Of a DNA stretch of 64,000 nucleotides, positions 28,850 through 38,254 are shown piece by piece. The notes below the pieces were generated by a model. The model was not told the origin of the DNA. It saw only the letters and a program-made list of their open reading frames with translations, and did not search any database. Position numbers and translations under genes: made by a program. The stretch is from an uncultured Candidatus Binatia bacterium (lineage in GTDB: Bacteria; Desulfobacterota; Binatia; Bin18): contig OZ243961.1 of NCBI GenBank assembly GCA_965214605.1, positions 1,888,001 through 1,952,000 on the forward strand, given 5' to 3'. Numbering within the stretch: position 1 is the stretch's first letter; each line of letters opens with the position of its first letter.

Positions 28850-30592
28850 ATGGGTGGGCCAACGATTGTGGTCGAGAAAGATGTTCCTGTTCCGATGCGC
28901 GATGGGGTTGTCCTGTACGCCGATGTCTATCGACCGGCTACAGCCGGTCGCTATCCGGTCATCCTGCAACGCACGCCCTACGATAAGAGCCTCACCACTA
29001 TTGGCATGCTGATGCTCAACGTGATCCGTACCGCGGGCGAGGGATATGCCGTTGTCATTCAAGACTCGCGTGGTCGTTACACTTCGGAGGGCGAATTTTA
29101 TACCTTTCGAGATGATATCAATGACGGCTATGACACAGTCGAATGGTGTGGCCTCCAGCCATGGTCGGACGGCAAGGTTGGCATGTACGGGGCCTCGTAT
29201 GTCGGCGCCACGCAGTGGTTAGCGGCCATCAGCACCCCGCCCCATCTCAGAGCAATTTTCCCCCTCATTACCGCCTCACACTACCACGAAGGCTGGACCT
29301 ATCAAGGAGGAGCGTTTGCTCTCGGCTTTAACGAGAGCTGGACGATGACTAGCCTGGCCCCCGATACCTACCAACGCCTGGCCAAGACCACGCCGAAAGC
29401 GGCCGAGCGCATGGAAAACATGCTGGCCGGAATCGACAATATGTGCCACTGGTTTCGCCACGTACCGCTCAAGGACTTTCCGCTGTTTGGTCAAGCTGCG
29501 GAATATTTCTACGACTGGCTCAGCCACCCGGACGACGATGCATACTGGGCGACTTGGAATATTGAGGCTCAGCATCACGCGGTCACAGTCCCGGCCTGCA
29601 ATGTCGGCGGCTGGTACGACATCTTCCTGGGAGGCACAATCCGCAACTATCTAGGCATGCGCGAGCGTGGCGGCAGCCCAGCGGCCCGGCAGGGACAGAA
29701 GCTCATCGTGGGGCCGTGGCATCATACCTTACCGCTGAACAACGTAGTTGGCGAGGTCAACTACGGCTTATCAAGTACCGCACTGGCGGCTGACCTCGAC
29801 GGGCTGCATCTCAAATGGTTTGATTACTGGCTCAAAGACAAGCAAAACGGTCTGTTAGAAGAGCCGCCAGTGCGCATTTTTGTCATGGGTGAGAACATTT
29901 GGCGGACAGAAAACGAATGGCCGCTGGCCCGCACCCAATACACCAAGTATTACCTCCACAGTCAGGGTGATGCCAAGAGTCTGCGCGGCAACGGGATTTT
30001 GAGCCGAGAGCAGCAGCGCAGCGAGCCGGCTGATGTGTACGTCTCCGACCCCCGCAATCCGGTTCCGACCAAAGGCGGTGGTCTGTGTTGCTGGCCAGCG
30101 GCCGTACCGGGAGGCGCGTTTGACCAACGTCCTGTTGAAGAGCGCGCGGACGTCTTGGTGTATACTACGCCGGTTTTGGAACACGATATCGAGATCACTG
30201 GACCGGTCAGCGTGACGCTGTACGCGGCCAGCAGTGCGGTTGATACCGACTTTACCGCCAAGCTGGTCGATGTTCATCCTGACGGCTATGCTCGGAATCT
30301 GACCGACAGCATTATCCGAGGCCGCTACCGAGAGACTCGGGCCCGCGCAAAGCTCCTCACACCGGGAGAAGTATACGACTACACGATTGACCTGTGGTCC
30401 ACCAGCAATGTGTTCAAAGCCGGGCACCGCATCCGGGTCGAAATCGCCAGCTCAAACTTTCCCCGCTTTGATCGCAATCCCCAAACTGGAGAATCCAGCG
30501 GTGAGACCAGTCGTTTAGAGCCTGCCTTGCAGCATGTGTTTCACGATGAAACACGGCCGTCGCATATCACCCTGCCCGTCATTCCCCGTTGA
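28850..30592 (+). CDS. CocE/NonD family hydrolase
   Basis: MRDGVVLYAD, RTPY, GASY, GGWYD, GPWHH, SSNFPRFDRN. Confidence 0.93.
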   Translation: MGGPTIVVEKDVPVPMRDGVVLYADVYRPATAGRYPVILQRTPYDKSLTTIGMLMLNVIRTAGEGYAVVIQDSRGRYTSEGEFYTFRDDINDGYDTVEWCGLQPWSDGKVGMYGASYVGATQWLAAISTPPHLRAIFPLITASHYHEGWTYQGGAFALGFNESWTMTSLAPDTYQRLAKTTPKAAERMENMLAGIDNMCHWFRHVPLKDFPLFGQAAEYFYDWLSHPDDDAYWATWNIEAQHHAVTVPACNVGGWYDIFLGGTIRNYLGMRERGGSPAARQGQKLIVGPWHHTLPLNNVVGEVNYGLSSTALAADLDGLHLKWFDYWLKDKQNGLLEEPPVRIFVMGENIWRTENEWPLARTQYTKYYLHSQGDAKSLRGNGILSREQQRSEPADVYVSDPRNPVPTKGGGLCCWPAAVPGGAFDQRPVEERADVLVYTTPVLEHDIEITGPVSVTLYAASSAVDTDFTAKLVDVHPDGYARNLTDSIIRGRYRETRARAKLLTPGEVYDYTIDLWSTSNVFKAGHRIRVEIASSNFPRFDRNPQTGESSGETSRLEPALQHVFHDETRPSHITLPVIPR

Positions 30593-30795
30593 AGCGAGGT
30601 CTATCTCAGAACCCGCACAAAAGGAATACGCCATGGAGCTGGAAACAGCAGCGATTGTGGTGAAGGGGGGGGTCCTTGCGGGCCATGAATTCGACCGGAC
30701 AGCAGGAGCGGAGGAAGCTGATTCCGATAATTTCTTTCATGCCGGAGAGGGATTCCTCTGACTGATGCTGAACGCGAACAGGGAGGACCGTAGCT

Positions 30796-31749
30796 ATGAC
30801 TCAGTGGAACTATACCAAGGGACTCCACGATCTAGGCAACCAGGTCTACGCCTATCTCCTACCCGACGGTTCGTGGGGCTGGAGCAATGCCGGTCTGCTT
30901 GTTGATGGCGGCCAGTCGCTCTTGGTCGACACCTTATTTGACCTGAGACTGACCCGAGAGATGCTTGATACCATGCGAGCAGCCGTCCCAGCCGCCGCCT
31001 CAATCAAAACCTTAGTCAATACCCACGCCAATGGCGATCACTATTTTGGCAACGAGTTGGTCCGGGATGCCGAAATTATTGCTTCGCAAGCCTGTGCCGA
31101 CGAAATGGGTGAGCTGCCCCCCGAGCGGCTGGCCGAGATGATGCAGGCCACCCCAAGCCTGGGTGAATTGGGCGCGTATCTGTCCGAAATCTTAGGCCCT
31201 TTCAAGTTTGATGACATCACCGCCACGCTTCCTACCCTGACGTTTGAGAACCGTCTTGATCTACAGGTCGGTGACAAGGACGTGCACTTGATTCAGGTCG
31301 GTCCGGCCCATACCAAAGGCGACGTGCTGGTCTATGCCCCGGACGACCGCACCATCTTTACCGGTGATATTTTATTTATTGACAGTACTCCCCTGATGTG
31401 GAACGGCCCGGTCGCCAATTGGATTAAAGCCTGTGATCTGATACTGAGCCTTGCGCTTGAGACGGTTGTGCCAGGCCATGGACCGATTACCGACAAACAC
31501 GGCGTGGAGGCGGTCAAGGGCTATTTGCAATATATCGAGGCCGAAGCCCGTAAACGGTATGACGCCGGTCTGTCGTGGACCGAAGCGGCAAACGATATTG
31601 CGCTGGGCGATTACTCCGCCTGGGGCGACGCCGAGCGTATTGCGGTCAATGTCAATACGCTCTATCGGGAGTTTAGTAGCGACCCAACTCCCCCGGTTTT
31701 TACCGATCTGTTCAGGACGATGGCTCGCTTGGCCAAGGGGAAGCGTTAG
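30796..31749 (+). CDS. MBL-fold metallo-hydrolase (cyclase-like)
   Basis: GWSNAG, NTHANGDH, PAHT, FTGD, VPGHG. Confidence 0.88.
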   Translation: MTQWNYTKGLHDLGNQVYAYLLPDGSWGWSNAGLLVDGGQSLLVDTLFDLRLTREMLDTMRAAVPAAASIKTLVNTHANGDHYFGNELVRDAEIIASQACADEMGELPPERLAEMMQATPSLGELGAYLSEILGPFKFDDITATLPTLTFENRLDLQVGDKDVHLIQVGPAHTKGDVLVYAPDDRTIFTGDILFIDSTPLMWNGPVANWIKACDLILSLALETVVPGHGPITDKHGVEAVKGYLQYIEAEARKRYDAGLSWTEAANDIALGDYSAWGDAERIAVNVNTLYREFSSDPTPPVFTDLFRTMARLAKGKR

Positions 31750-31829
31750 ACGTGACAGGCTGGGATGCTGCACTCCAGAACTTTTCCCAATCCGTTATGG
31801 CCGAGAAGTTTGTTGCCTTTTCGTTGACC

Positions 31830-31990
31830 GAGGCGCCACTGCCGGTCGTGAACTCGCACGTGTCTTTCCGGGAAAACGGAGGACAATAAATCCTCCGCAT
31901 TGTCAGTCCTGGAAGCAAGATCGACAAGGGCTAAGACCCCAGAGCCGACGCGCGAGCGGCAGCACGGCTTTTATCAACCAGAAATCGCAC
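31830..31990 (-). pseudogene. Possible DUF5615/PIN-like toxin remnant
   Basis: GTG-RFLVDKS start just after the DUF433 remnant, then a stop and frameshifts; 3' boundary uncertain. Confidence 0.4.
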
Positions 31991-32023
31991 GCTCTGGTCG
32001 GCAGAGGAAGACACGGGAGTGGC

Positions 32024-32212
32024 TTATCTCTTGGTAGGCGCGGCGTAACCACGCACGGCGCGCATATCCTCTGAGGTCAGACGTGGAGAGACGTTGAGCA
32101 GGGCGGCTTGTGTTGCTCCTTCGCGCATTTTTTACACGATGCGTTCGGCATAAATTCGGGTTTCACAAATACCCCCAAGTCCCACCCTGGGAGCTATTTC
32201 GATACGCTCCAT
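32024..32212 (-). pseudogene. DUF433 antitoxin remnant with internal stop
   Basis: MERIEIAPRVGLGGICETRIYAERIV*KMREGATQAALLNVSPRLTSEDMRAVRGYAAP; TAA at 32132-32134. Confidence 0.7.
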
Positions 32213-32489
32213 CACGACTAGTGTCTTTCTCTTGATGATCGCTCCCTGCTCCCCCTGCCACCGGCGGAAAAATGCTCAGACTATCCCCGTCGACCAAGAC
32301 CCGGTCAAGCGCACGGGTTTGTTCGCCGTTGACGAGCACCATGTGGGCCAGAGCTTCCGGGATATCCAGTTGCTGGATCACCTCGCGTATAGTGGCATCT
32401 TGGTCGAGAGCTAGGATGATCTTACCAGCCTTTGAGCCGGGCGGTAGGTGCTTGCGCAGCGTGGCAAACAGTCTGAGCTTGACTTCCAT
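32163..32489 (-). CDS. MoaD/ThiS family sulfur carrier with a C-terminal extension after GG
   Basis: VKLRLFATLR, VLVNG, SIFPPVAGG followed by 28 aa. Confidence 0.85.
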   Translation of the reverse strand: MEVKLRLFATLRKHLPPGSKAGKIILALDQDATIREVIQQLDIPEALAHMVLVNGEQTRALDRVLVDGDSLSIFPPVAGGAGSDHQEKDTSRDGAYRNSSQGGTWGYL

Positions 32490-33943
32490 TACTCGGCCTT
32501 TCCAATCCCTGGTGTGGGCGTCGGATTCAGATCACGGTAATGCGTGGACTGGGTGCTGACCAGCGGCGTGTGGTTGGCGGTCTTATCCCAGACGAGCGGC
32601 GTTTTCCCGTCAACCCGATAGGGGCGGTCGCGAGACGGCGAGCCTAACAGCGTCCGCCCAATCAAGGCCTGGGCAACTCCGCTGGCAACATAGGCACGGC
32701 GGATATCGGTCGGATGGGTCTTGACATAATCAACCCACTCGCCGAGGGGCTGCTGGGTCTGGATCAAGCCCTTGACCATACCCACATCGTTCAGCATCGT
32801 CACGTCATCAATCGGTCCGACGAACAGGGCACCAACGATGCGATCTTCGTGCCACACATACTTGCGGTAGATCGGCCGGCTGGGGTTGAACACTGTCGTG
32901 GTGTCATGTCCCTCGTCCCGCCAGAGGCCAAAGCTGGCGCAGTGCAGATGGACCACGTCCAGAACGTTGAGCAGCAGGCTGCCCGGATAATGGGTCTCTT
33001 GGCCGGCCATATTTGCCCCGGCAATCCGGCCGTGGTCAACCGCGGTGGGCTGGACGGCGTGGGCGGTGGCGGCGGTGTCAAGCGCCGTACGGCCAGACAG
33101 AATATCCGGACCAATCGCGACGTCGCCTGCCGCATAAATCCCCGGAATATTGGTCTGCATTCGGTCGTCAACCGGGATACCGCCAGGTTCTATATTGACC
33201 CCCGAATCGTCCAAAAAATCAATATTGGGGCGAATACCAGTCGCCATAATGACAAGATCCGCCTCAATCGTCTGCCCCGAACTGAGCGACAGCAACAGTT
33301 TCCCGTCATCGTTGCGCAGAATCTCTTGGACCTGAGTTGCGATATGAACGGCAATATCGCGAGCCGTCAACCAGTTCTTCACCGCGCTAGCACCGGTCGC
33401 ATCCAGCATCCGTGGCAGGACTTGGCTTTCCGCTTCCACCACCGCCAACGTCCAGTTCAGCTTAGCCATGGCATTCAGAACGATAAAGCCGATAAAACCC
33501 GCACCGATGAGCACCGCGCTCGGCGTGGCCTGGGCTTTAGCAATCACCTTTTGCGCGTCATCCAAGGTCCAGAACGAGTACACTCCCTCAAGATCGCTGC
33601 CCGGAATCGGCGGCTGTTGGGCGGACGAACCGGTTGCGAGCAGCAGGCTGTCAAACGCGCGGATCGTGCCATCGCTGAGCGTCACCGTCTTTTGCGCGCC
33701 ATCGACCCGTATGACTTCGGTACCGAGCAACGCCTCAATATTCCGCTTGGCAAAATAGTCCTCATCGCCGGTCAAGACGTGCTTTTCCGGAATTTCCCCG
33801 GCCAGATAGTACGGCAGCACCATCCGGGAATAAGCCGGTTCGTCAGAAATGAGGCTCACCGACGCATTGGCGTCGTAGGCCCGAATAGTTTCGGCCGCGG
33901 AAACGCCGGCCGGACCCGCACCAATAATGATATGTCGTGCCAT
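32489..33943 (-). CDS. FAD/NAD(P)-dependent oxidoreductase (AOR-associated subunit)
   Basis: GAGPAG, ATGS, GAGFIG, GIYAAGD; in an operon with AOR. Confidence 0.88.
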   Translation of the reverse strand: MARHIIIGAGPAGVSAAETIRAYDANASVSLISDEPAYSRMVLPYYLAGEIPEKHVLTGDEDYFAKRNIEALLGTEVIRVDGAQKTVTLSDGTIRAFDSLLLATGSSAQQPPIPGSDLEGVYSFWTLDDAQKVIAKAQATPSAVLIGAGFIGFIVLNAMAKLNWTLAVVEAESQVLPRMLDATGASAVKNWLTARDIAVHIATQVQEILRNDDGKLLLSLSSGQTIEADLVIMATGIRPNIDFLDDSGVNIEPGGIPVDDRMQTNIPGIYAAGDVAIGPDILSGRTALDTAATAHAVQPTAVDHGRIAGANMAGQETHYPGSLLLNVLDVVHLHCASFGLWRDEGHDTTTVFNPSRPIYRKYVWHEDRIVGALFVGPIDDVTMLNDVGMVKGLIQTQQPLGEWVDYVKTHPTDIRRAYVASGVAQALIGRTLLGSPSRDRPYRVDGKTPLVWDKTANHTPLVSTQSTHYRDLNPTPTPGIGKAE

Positions 33944-33953
33944 CGTTGATCCC

Positions 33954-35804
33954 TCAGGCTTCGTCTAAGCCCAACTCTCGCCGCTTCTCCGGCGTCACCT
34001 TGCCGTCTTTATCCCAACCGCGCAGCTGATAGTACTCGGGCAGCATCTCGCCTAGACGGTTGACCTTGCCTTTGGCCGGGCCGGACGGTAAGGGTTCCTC
34101 CAGAATCCGCTTAGGCAGAGTATCTGCGCTTCCACCTACGCCAGCCCGTTCGTTCCAGCACCGCTCCAGATTCCAGATCCGCTCACCAATGGTCAGCAGC
34201 TCTTCCAGACCAAAATCCACCCCGGTTGCCGCCACTAGCTGGGGCAGCATTTCTTCCAAACCTACGCCAAAGGTCAGGAACTGGCACAGTCCGGTTGCGT
34301 CGACCGTCGAGGTCGCGTCCTGAAAGAGTTTGGTAATTTCGGCCTTGCCCTCGGTTTCGTTAGGGTCCATCTGACGCGGCAGACCCAAAATCTCAGCTGC
34401 CACCGTATACGCTTTCAGATGGCACGCGCCCCGGTTCGAGGTGGCGTAGCCCAGGCCCATGCCCTGAATCGCGCGGGCTTCATAGGCGGCAAACTCCTGA
34501 CCGCGCACTCCCATGAAGAACTCTGGACGACCGAACTTCTCGGTCATCCGTTTCGAGCCTTCGGCCAGCTCGGTGCCAAACCCCCGACGATAGGCGATCT
34601 GCTCAGCCATGCTTAGCAGCGCTTCAGAACTCCCAAAATCCAACGGAATCTCGGTCTGTTCGAGCGACACGACTTTCTTTTCGTACAGTTCCATAGCAGC
34701 GGCCACGGTAGCGCCAAAGCTAATCGCGTCCATCCCCAGATCGTTGCATAACCAGTTGGCCTTAATCAGGGCGTCCAAATCGCCGATCCCGCACTCCGAG
34801 CCCATGGCCCAGGCGGCTTCATACTCGGGGCCCTCGCCCGCAATCTTCCAGTTCCGGGGGCTGGTGCTGACCTCATATTTACCCGCTGCCTCGCCCGGCA
34901 GGGTTGAAACCCGTCCACACGCAATCGCGCAGGAAAAACAAGCTTTATTCGCCACCAGCCGCGTCTCTGTCAGCGTCTCTCCACTGATGTCTTCGGCCTC
35001 TTCAAACACCGACTGCTGGTGGTTACGAGTCGGCAGAGCTCCGTGTTCGTTGATCACGTTGACCAAAACCTCGGTGCCGTACATGGGCAGCCCCTGAGAG
35101 GTGACCGGCGACTCGCGGAGCTTTTCCTTCATCTCCCACATACCTTTCATAAAAGCCATGGGGTCGGCCAGCGTGACCCCGCCAGTCCCTCGTACAGCGA
35201 TCGCTTTGAGATTTTTTGAGCCCATGACCGCACCAACCCCGGATCGGCCGGCCGCCCGGTGCAGATCGTTCATAATACAGGCAAAGCGCACCAGGTTCTC
35301 ACCAGCCGGACCGATGCTGGCGATAATCGTGTCAGGCACGCCAAGCTCGGTCCGCAACGCTTCCTCGGTCTCCCAGACCGTTTTTCCCCACAGCTGGCCG
35401 GCCTCTCGGATCTCAACGGCTCCGTCATAGATCCACAGGTAACACGGCGACGACGCCCTCCCTTCGAGAATCAACATATCGTAGCCAGCAAACTTGAGTT
35501 CCGGTCCCCAGGAGCCGCCCGAATTTGAGGTGGTAATCGCGTTGGTCAGCGGCCCTTTGGTGACAACCATATAGCGCGATCCACACGAAGCGCTAGTTCC
35601 GGTCAGGGGGCCGGTCACAAACAGCAGCTTGTTGTCAGGGTTGAGCGCGTCGACCGTTGGGTCCACCTCATCGGTCAGGTATCTAGCTCCGAGTCCACGT
35701 CCGCCAACATACTCTCTGGCCCACTGTTCATTCAGAGGCTCTTTAACGATGGTCCGCTCTGTCAGATTGATCCGCAGAACCGTTCCTGTCCATCCGCTTG
35801 ACAT
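33954..35804 (-). CDS. Aldehyde:ferredoxin oxidoreductase (tungsten-type AOR), catalytic subunit
   Basis: SIGPAGE, GRSGVGAVMGSKNLKAI, CFSCAIAC, GPEYE, RGACH, YYQLRGWD. Confidence 0.94.
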   Translation of the reverse strand: MSSGWTGTVLRINLTERTIVKEPLNEQWAREYVGGRGLGARYLTDEVDPTVDALNPDNKLLFVTGPLTGTSASCGSRYMVVTKGPLTNAITTSNSGGSWGPELKFAGYDMLILEGRASSPCYLWIYDGAVEIREAGQLWGKTVWETEEALRTELGVPDTIIASIGPAGENLVRFACIMNDLHRAAGRSGVGAVMGSKNLKAIAVRGTGGVTLADPMAFMKGMWEMKEKLRESPVTSQGLPMYGTEVLVNVINEHGALPTRNHQQSVFEEAEDISGETLTETRLVANKACFSCAIACGRVSTLPGEAAGKYEVSTSPRNWKIAGEGPEYEAAWAMGSECGIGDLDALIKANWLCNDLGMDAISFGATVAAAMELYEKKVVSLEQTEIPLDFGSSEALLSMAEQIAYRRGFGTELAEGSKRMTEKFGRPEFFMGVRGQEFAAYEARAIQGMGLGYATSNRGACHLKAYTVAAEILGLPRQMDPNETEGKAEITKLFQDATSTVDATGLCQFLTFGVGLEEMLPQLVAATGVDFGLEELLTIGERIWNLERCWNERAGVGGSADTLPKRILEEPLPSGPAKGKVNRLGEMLPEYYQLRGWDKDGKVTPEKRRELGLDEA

Positions 35805-35815
35805 ATGCTGCCTCC

Positions 35816-36295
35816 TTATTTGTCAGCCGGTCCGGCACCAAAGCCGTGATTGACCCGGTCCGCCCAGCCGCTCAACCAGTCGGCCTGTTCCATGTCAACA
35901 TATTCGAGGGCTCCGGTCGGGCATGAGTGGACACAGGCCGGCTCGCCGCCACACAAATCACACTTAAACGCTTTATGGGTGTCTGGATGATAAAAAATCG
36001 TCCCATACGGGCAGGCCACCGTACAAACGGCACAGCCAACACACACATCATCCATCACAACCTTAGCTTGTGTGTCGGGATCAATGGCAATTGCGTTGAC
36101 CGGGCAGGCTGTCAGACACCAAGCTTCGTCACACTGAAAACAGGTGTAGGGCGAGTAAACGGCCTGCTCATCAAAGATATGGACTCGGATCACGGAGCGG
36201 GCCGGTTGAAAAGTACCGGTTTGGACAAACGCGCAGGCCAGTTCGCACTGCACGCAGCCCGTACATTTATCGGTGATAACACGGAGCTGTTTCAT
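35816..36295 (-). CDS. 4Fe-4S multicluster protein (AOR electron-transfer subunit)
   Basis: Four ferredoxin Cys motifs, KCDLC. Confidence 0.92.
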   Translation of the reverse strand: MKQLRVITDKCTGCVQCELACAFVQTGTFQPARSVIRVHIFDEQAVYSPYTCFQCDEAWCLTACPVNAIAIDPDTQAKVVMDDVCVGCAVCTVACPYGTIFYHPDTHKAFKCDLCGGEPACVHSCPTGALEYVDMEQADWLSGWADRVNHGFGAGPADK

Positions 36296-36507
36296 GCACC
36301 CTCCTTCCTCTGAAACGGGACCAGCCCCAGAGCACTCAGCTAGGGTCATCTTAAACCCCTGGGCTCAGAGATCAACTGTCAGAAGCAGTCTCGGTCGAGG
36401 AGCGATTCGAGAACCAGTTCCACACGACCGAGCTCGTACATGTGGCCCTCTCCCCCGTTTGCAACGAATGTGGTATACTGGATAGGTTTCCAGCAGGAGG
36501 AATTGTT

Positions 36508-37854
36508 ATGTCTAAAGCTTACCGGCCGACAGCTCGATTGGTGGGATGCCTGTTTGCTACACTCCTTGTGTTCCATCCGCCGACCTGGGCCGCCGACAAT
36601 AGCACTCCACCGCCGGCCGAACGCAGCTGGCGGCTTTTGTCGGAACTGTCCCCTGAAGAACGGCAGCGGCTCGACTTTTCGACCAATACTCCACGCGACG
36701 CCAATGTTCCATATATGCCGGCCGAGCCATATCCTTTTCAGCCGCCCTATACGCCCGAAGAGATCGGCTTTCGCACGATGGAATTCCCCCACATGCCACG
36801 CTGGAACTGCGTTCAGATCGAAGACAGCGGGACCCTTACCCCGACCGGCTACTTGTTTATTAACCAGATTATCGTCCTAGTCCAATATCAGGAGCCGGCC
36901 GGCCTCATGGGCCAGATTTTGGCCAAACCTGGCGACATCTTCTCACGCTGGCTGAGCCAAGATATTGCTCCACCAGAAAACCACGGCAACCAGCTCCTGT
37001 TTAATACCTATCGGACTGACAAAGAAGTCACCAAGAAGGCCGATATGTTCGGCTACTCGCCGACTCTCCGTCGCGTGCGGCGCTTTCCCCAACCGCGCCG
37101 TCAGGATAAGTTTCCCAATCAGCCGGTCGCCTATGACGACTTTTTGGGCCGTGACGCCTGGGAGTTCTCGTGGCGGGTGATTGGCACCGATGTTCTGTAT
37201 GAGACAGCCCGGTTTCCGACCACTCGTCAGTTCATGACCCTCCGCGCAAAAGACGGCTCCTTCATCGATGTCCCAGCGTCAGCCCTCAAGCTAATGGGCG
37301 AAGAATATCCGTACTATACCGAAGACGGGGGCGTCCGTACGTATGTGATGGAGGCGACGGCAAAACAGGACTGGCTGCCCAGCTATTATGCGCCCCGGAT
37401 TCTGTACTGGGTCGATCAGGAATACTTCTATCCCTTGCGCATCGAATCCTACGGATCAGAGGGCGAGGTTGTCTTAATTGAAGAGCGCATCGCCGAGCTG
37501 ATGAACCCCGCGCTCAAGGAGCGGGGCTATCACAACCTGCTCTCCCTGTGGTGGGACCCGCAGCAGGACTTCTATTCCTACGGAGTACACGACGCGATGG
37601 AGCTTCGCGAGTGGAGCCGGCAGGATAAAGACGTGTTTTTTAATCCCGACTTTATGCGTCGCGGCTGGTTTCCGGTACCGCTGAAAACCCAATCCGGGGT
37701 AAGCACCCCCGAAGAGTTTTATCTGCGCCCCCATCTGTACCGAGACAAGTTTCCGAGTGAACGAACGATTGAGCTGCCAGCGACTCTTGAAGCCCGCATT
37801 AAAGCCCAGAACGAAGCCGGGCATATTGTCTTTATCGGCGGCGGGGAGAGTTGA
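36508..37854 (+). CDS. Exported DUF1329-like protein
   Basis: Signal peptide; APPE..G..L, YSPTLRRVRR, DDFLG motifs; AGGAGG SD. Confidence 0.7.
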   Translation: MSKAYRPTARLVGCLFATLLVFHPPTWAADNSTPPPAERSWRLLSELSPEERQRLDFSTNTPRDANVPYMPAEPYPFQPPYTPEEIGFRTMEFPHMPRWNCVQIEDSGTLTPTGYLFINQIIVLVQYQEPAGLMGQILAKPGDIFSRWLSQDIAPPENHGNQLLFNTYRTDKEVTKKADMFGYSPTLRRVRRFPQPRRQDKFPNQPVAYDDFLGRDAWEFSWRVIGTDVLYETARFPTTRQFMTLRAKDGSFIDVPASALKLMGEEYPYYTEDGGVRTYVMEATAKQDWLPSYYAPRILYWVDQEYFYPLRIESYGSEGEVVLIEERIAELMNPALKERGYHNLLSLWWDPQQDFYSYGVHDAMELREWSRQDKDVFFNPDFMRRGWFPVPLKTQSGVSTPEEFYLRPHLYRDKFPSERTIELPATLEARIKAQNEAGHIVFIGGGES

Positions 37855-37912
37855 TTTTTCAGGACAGCGAACGGTGGAAGGTGAGCAGGGCGGGGAGAGG
37901 GAGGAATCGACC

Positions 37913-38194
37913 TCAGCCACCAGCTATGCCAACCATAAAAACGATCGTCTCGCCGTCTTCCAGGCGATCGTCAATAAAAAGCCGGTTGCCTTTCGAGTCG
38001 AGATACAGGGTTCCCTTGGTGTTCAGGTCATTCGTATCGGGATCGATCAGGAGCGCCTGCATCTCCGCGCCGTATTTGTGAGTAATCAGTTCGGCCAGCT
38101 CAGACACCAGCGGCTGCTCAAGCTGGAAGCTCTCTCCTAACACCTGGGTAATTTCTCGGAAACGAGCTTGATATTCCGTGTGTACCGTAATCAC
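37913..38194 (-). CDS. MoaD/ThiS family sulfur carrier
   Basis: Beta-grasp size, ends LEDGETIVFMVGIAGG. Confidence 0.85.
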   Translation of the reverse strand: MITVHTEYQARFREITQVLGESFQLEQPLVSELAELITHKYGAEMQALLIDPDTNDLNTKGTLYLDSKGNRLFIDDRLEDGETIVFMVGIAGG

Positions 38195-38254
38195 GAGAGG
38201 GTTCCTCCTTAGCCTCAGGGTCCTCTTCCCTTTGGAGAGGACCCCGCTCAGGCT

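Noticed and set aside
30600-30790. Short ORFs between the CocE and MBL genes
   Set aside because: No motif or convincing coding signal
32714-33949. 411-aa plus-strand ORF and similar long antisense ORFs (e.g. 22871-23635, 11780-12496)
   Set aside because: Shadows of well-supported genes on the opposite strand, expected in GC-rich DNA
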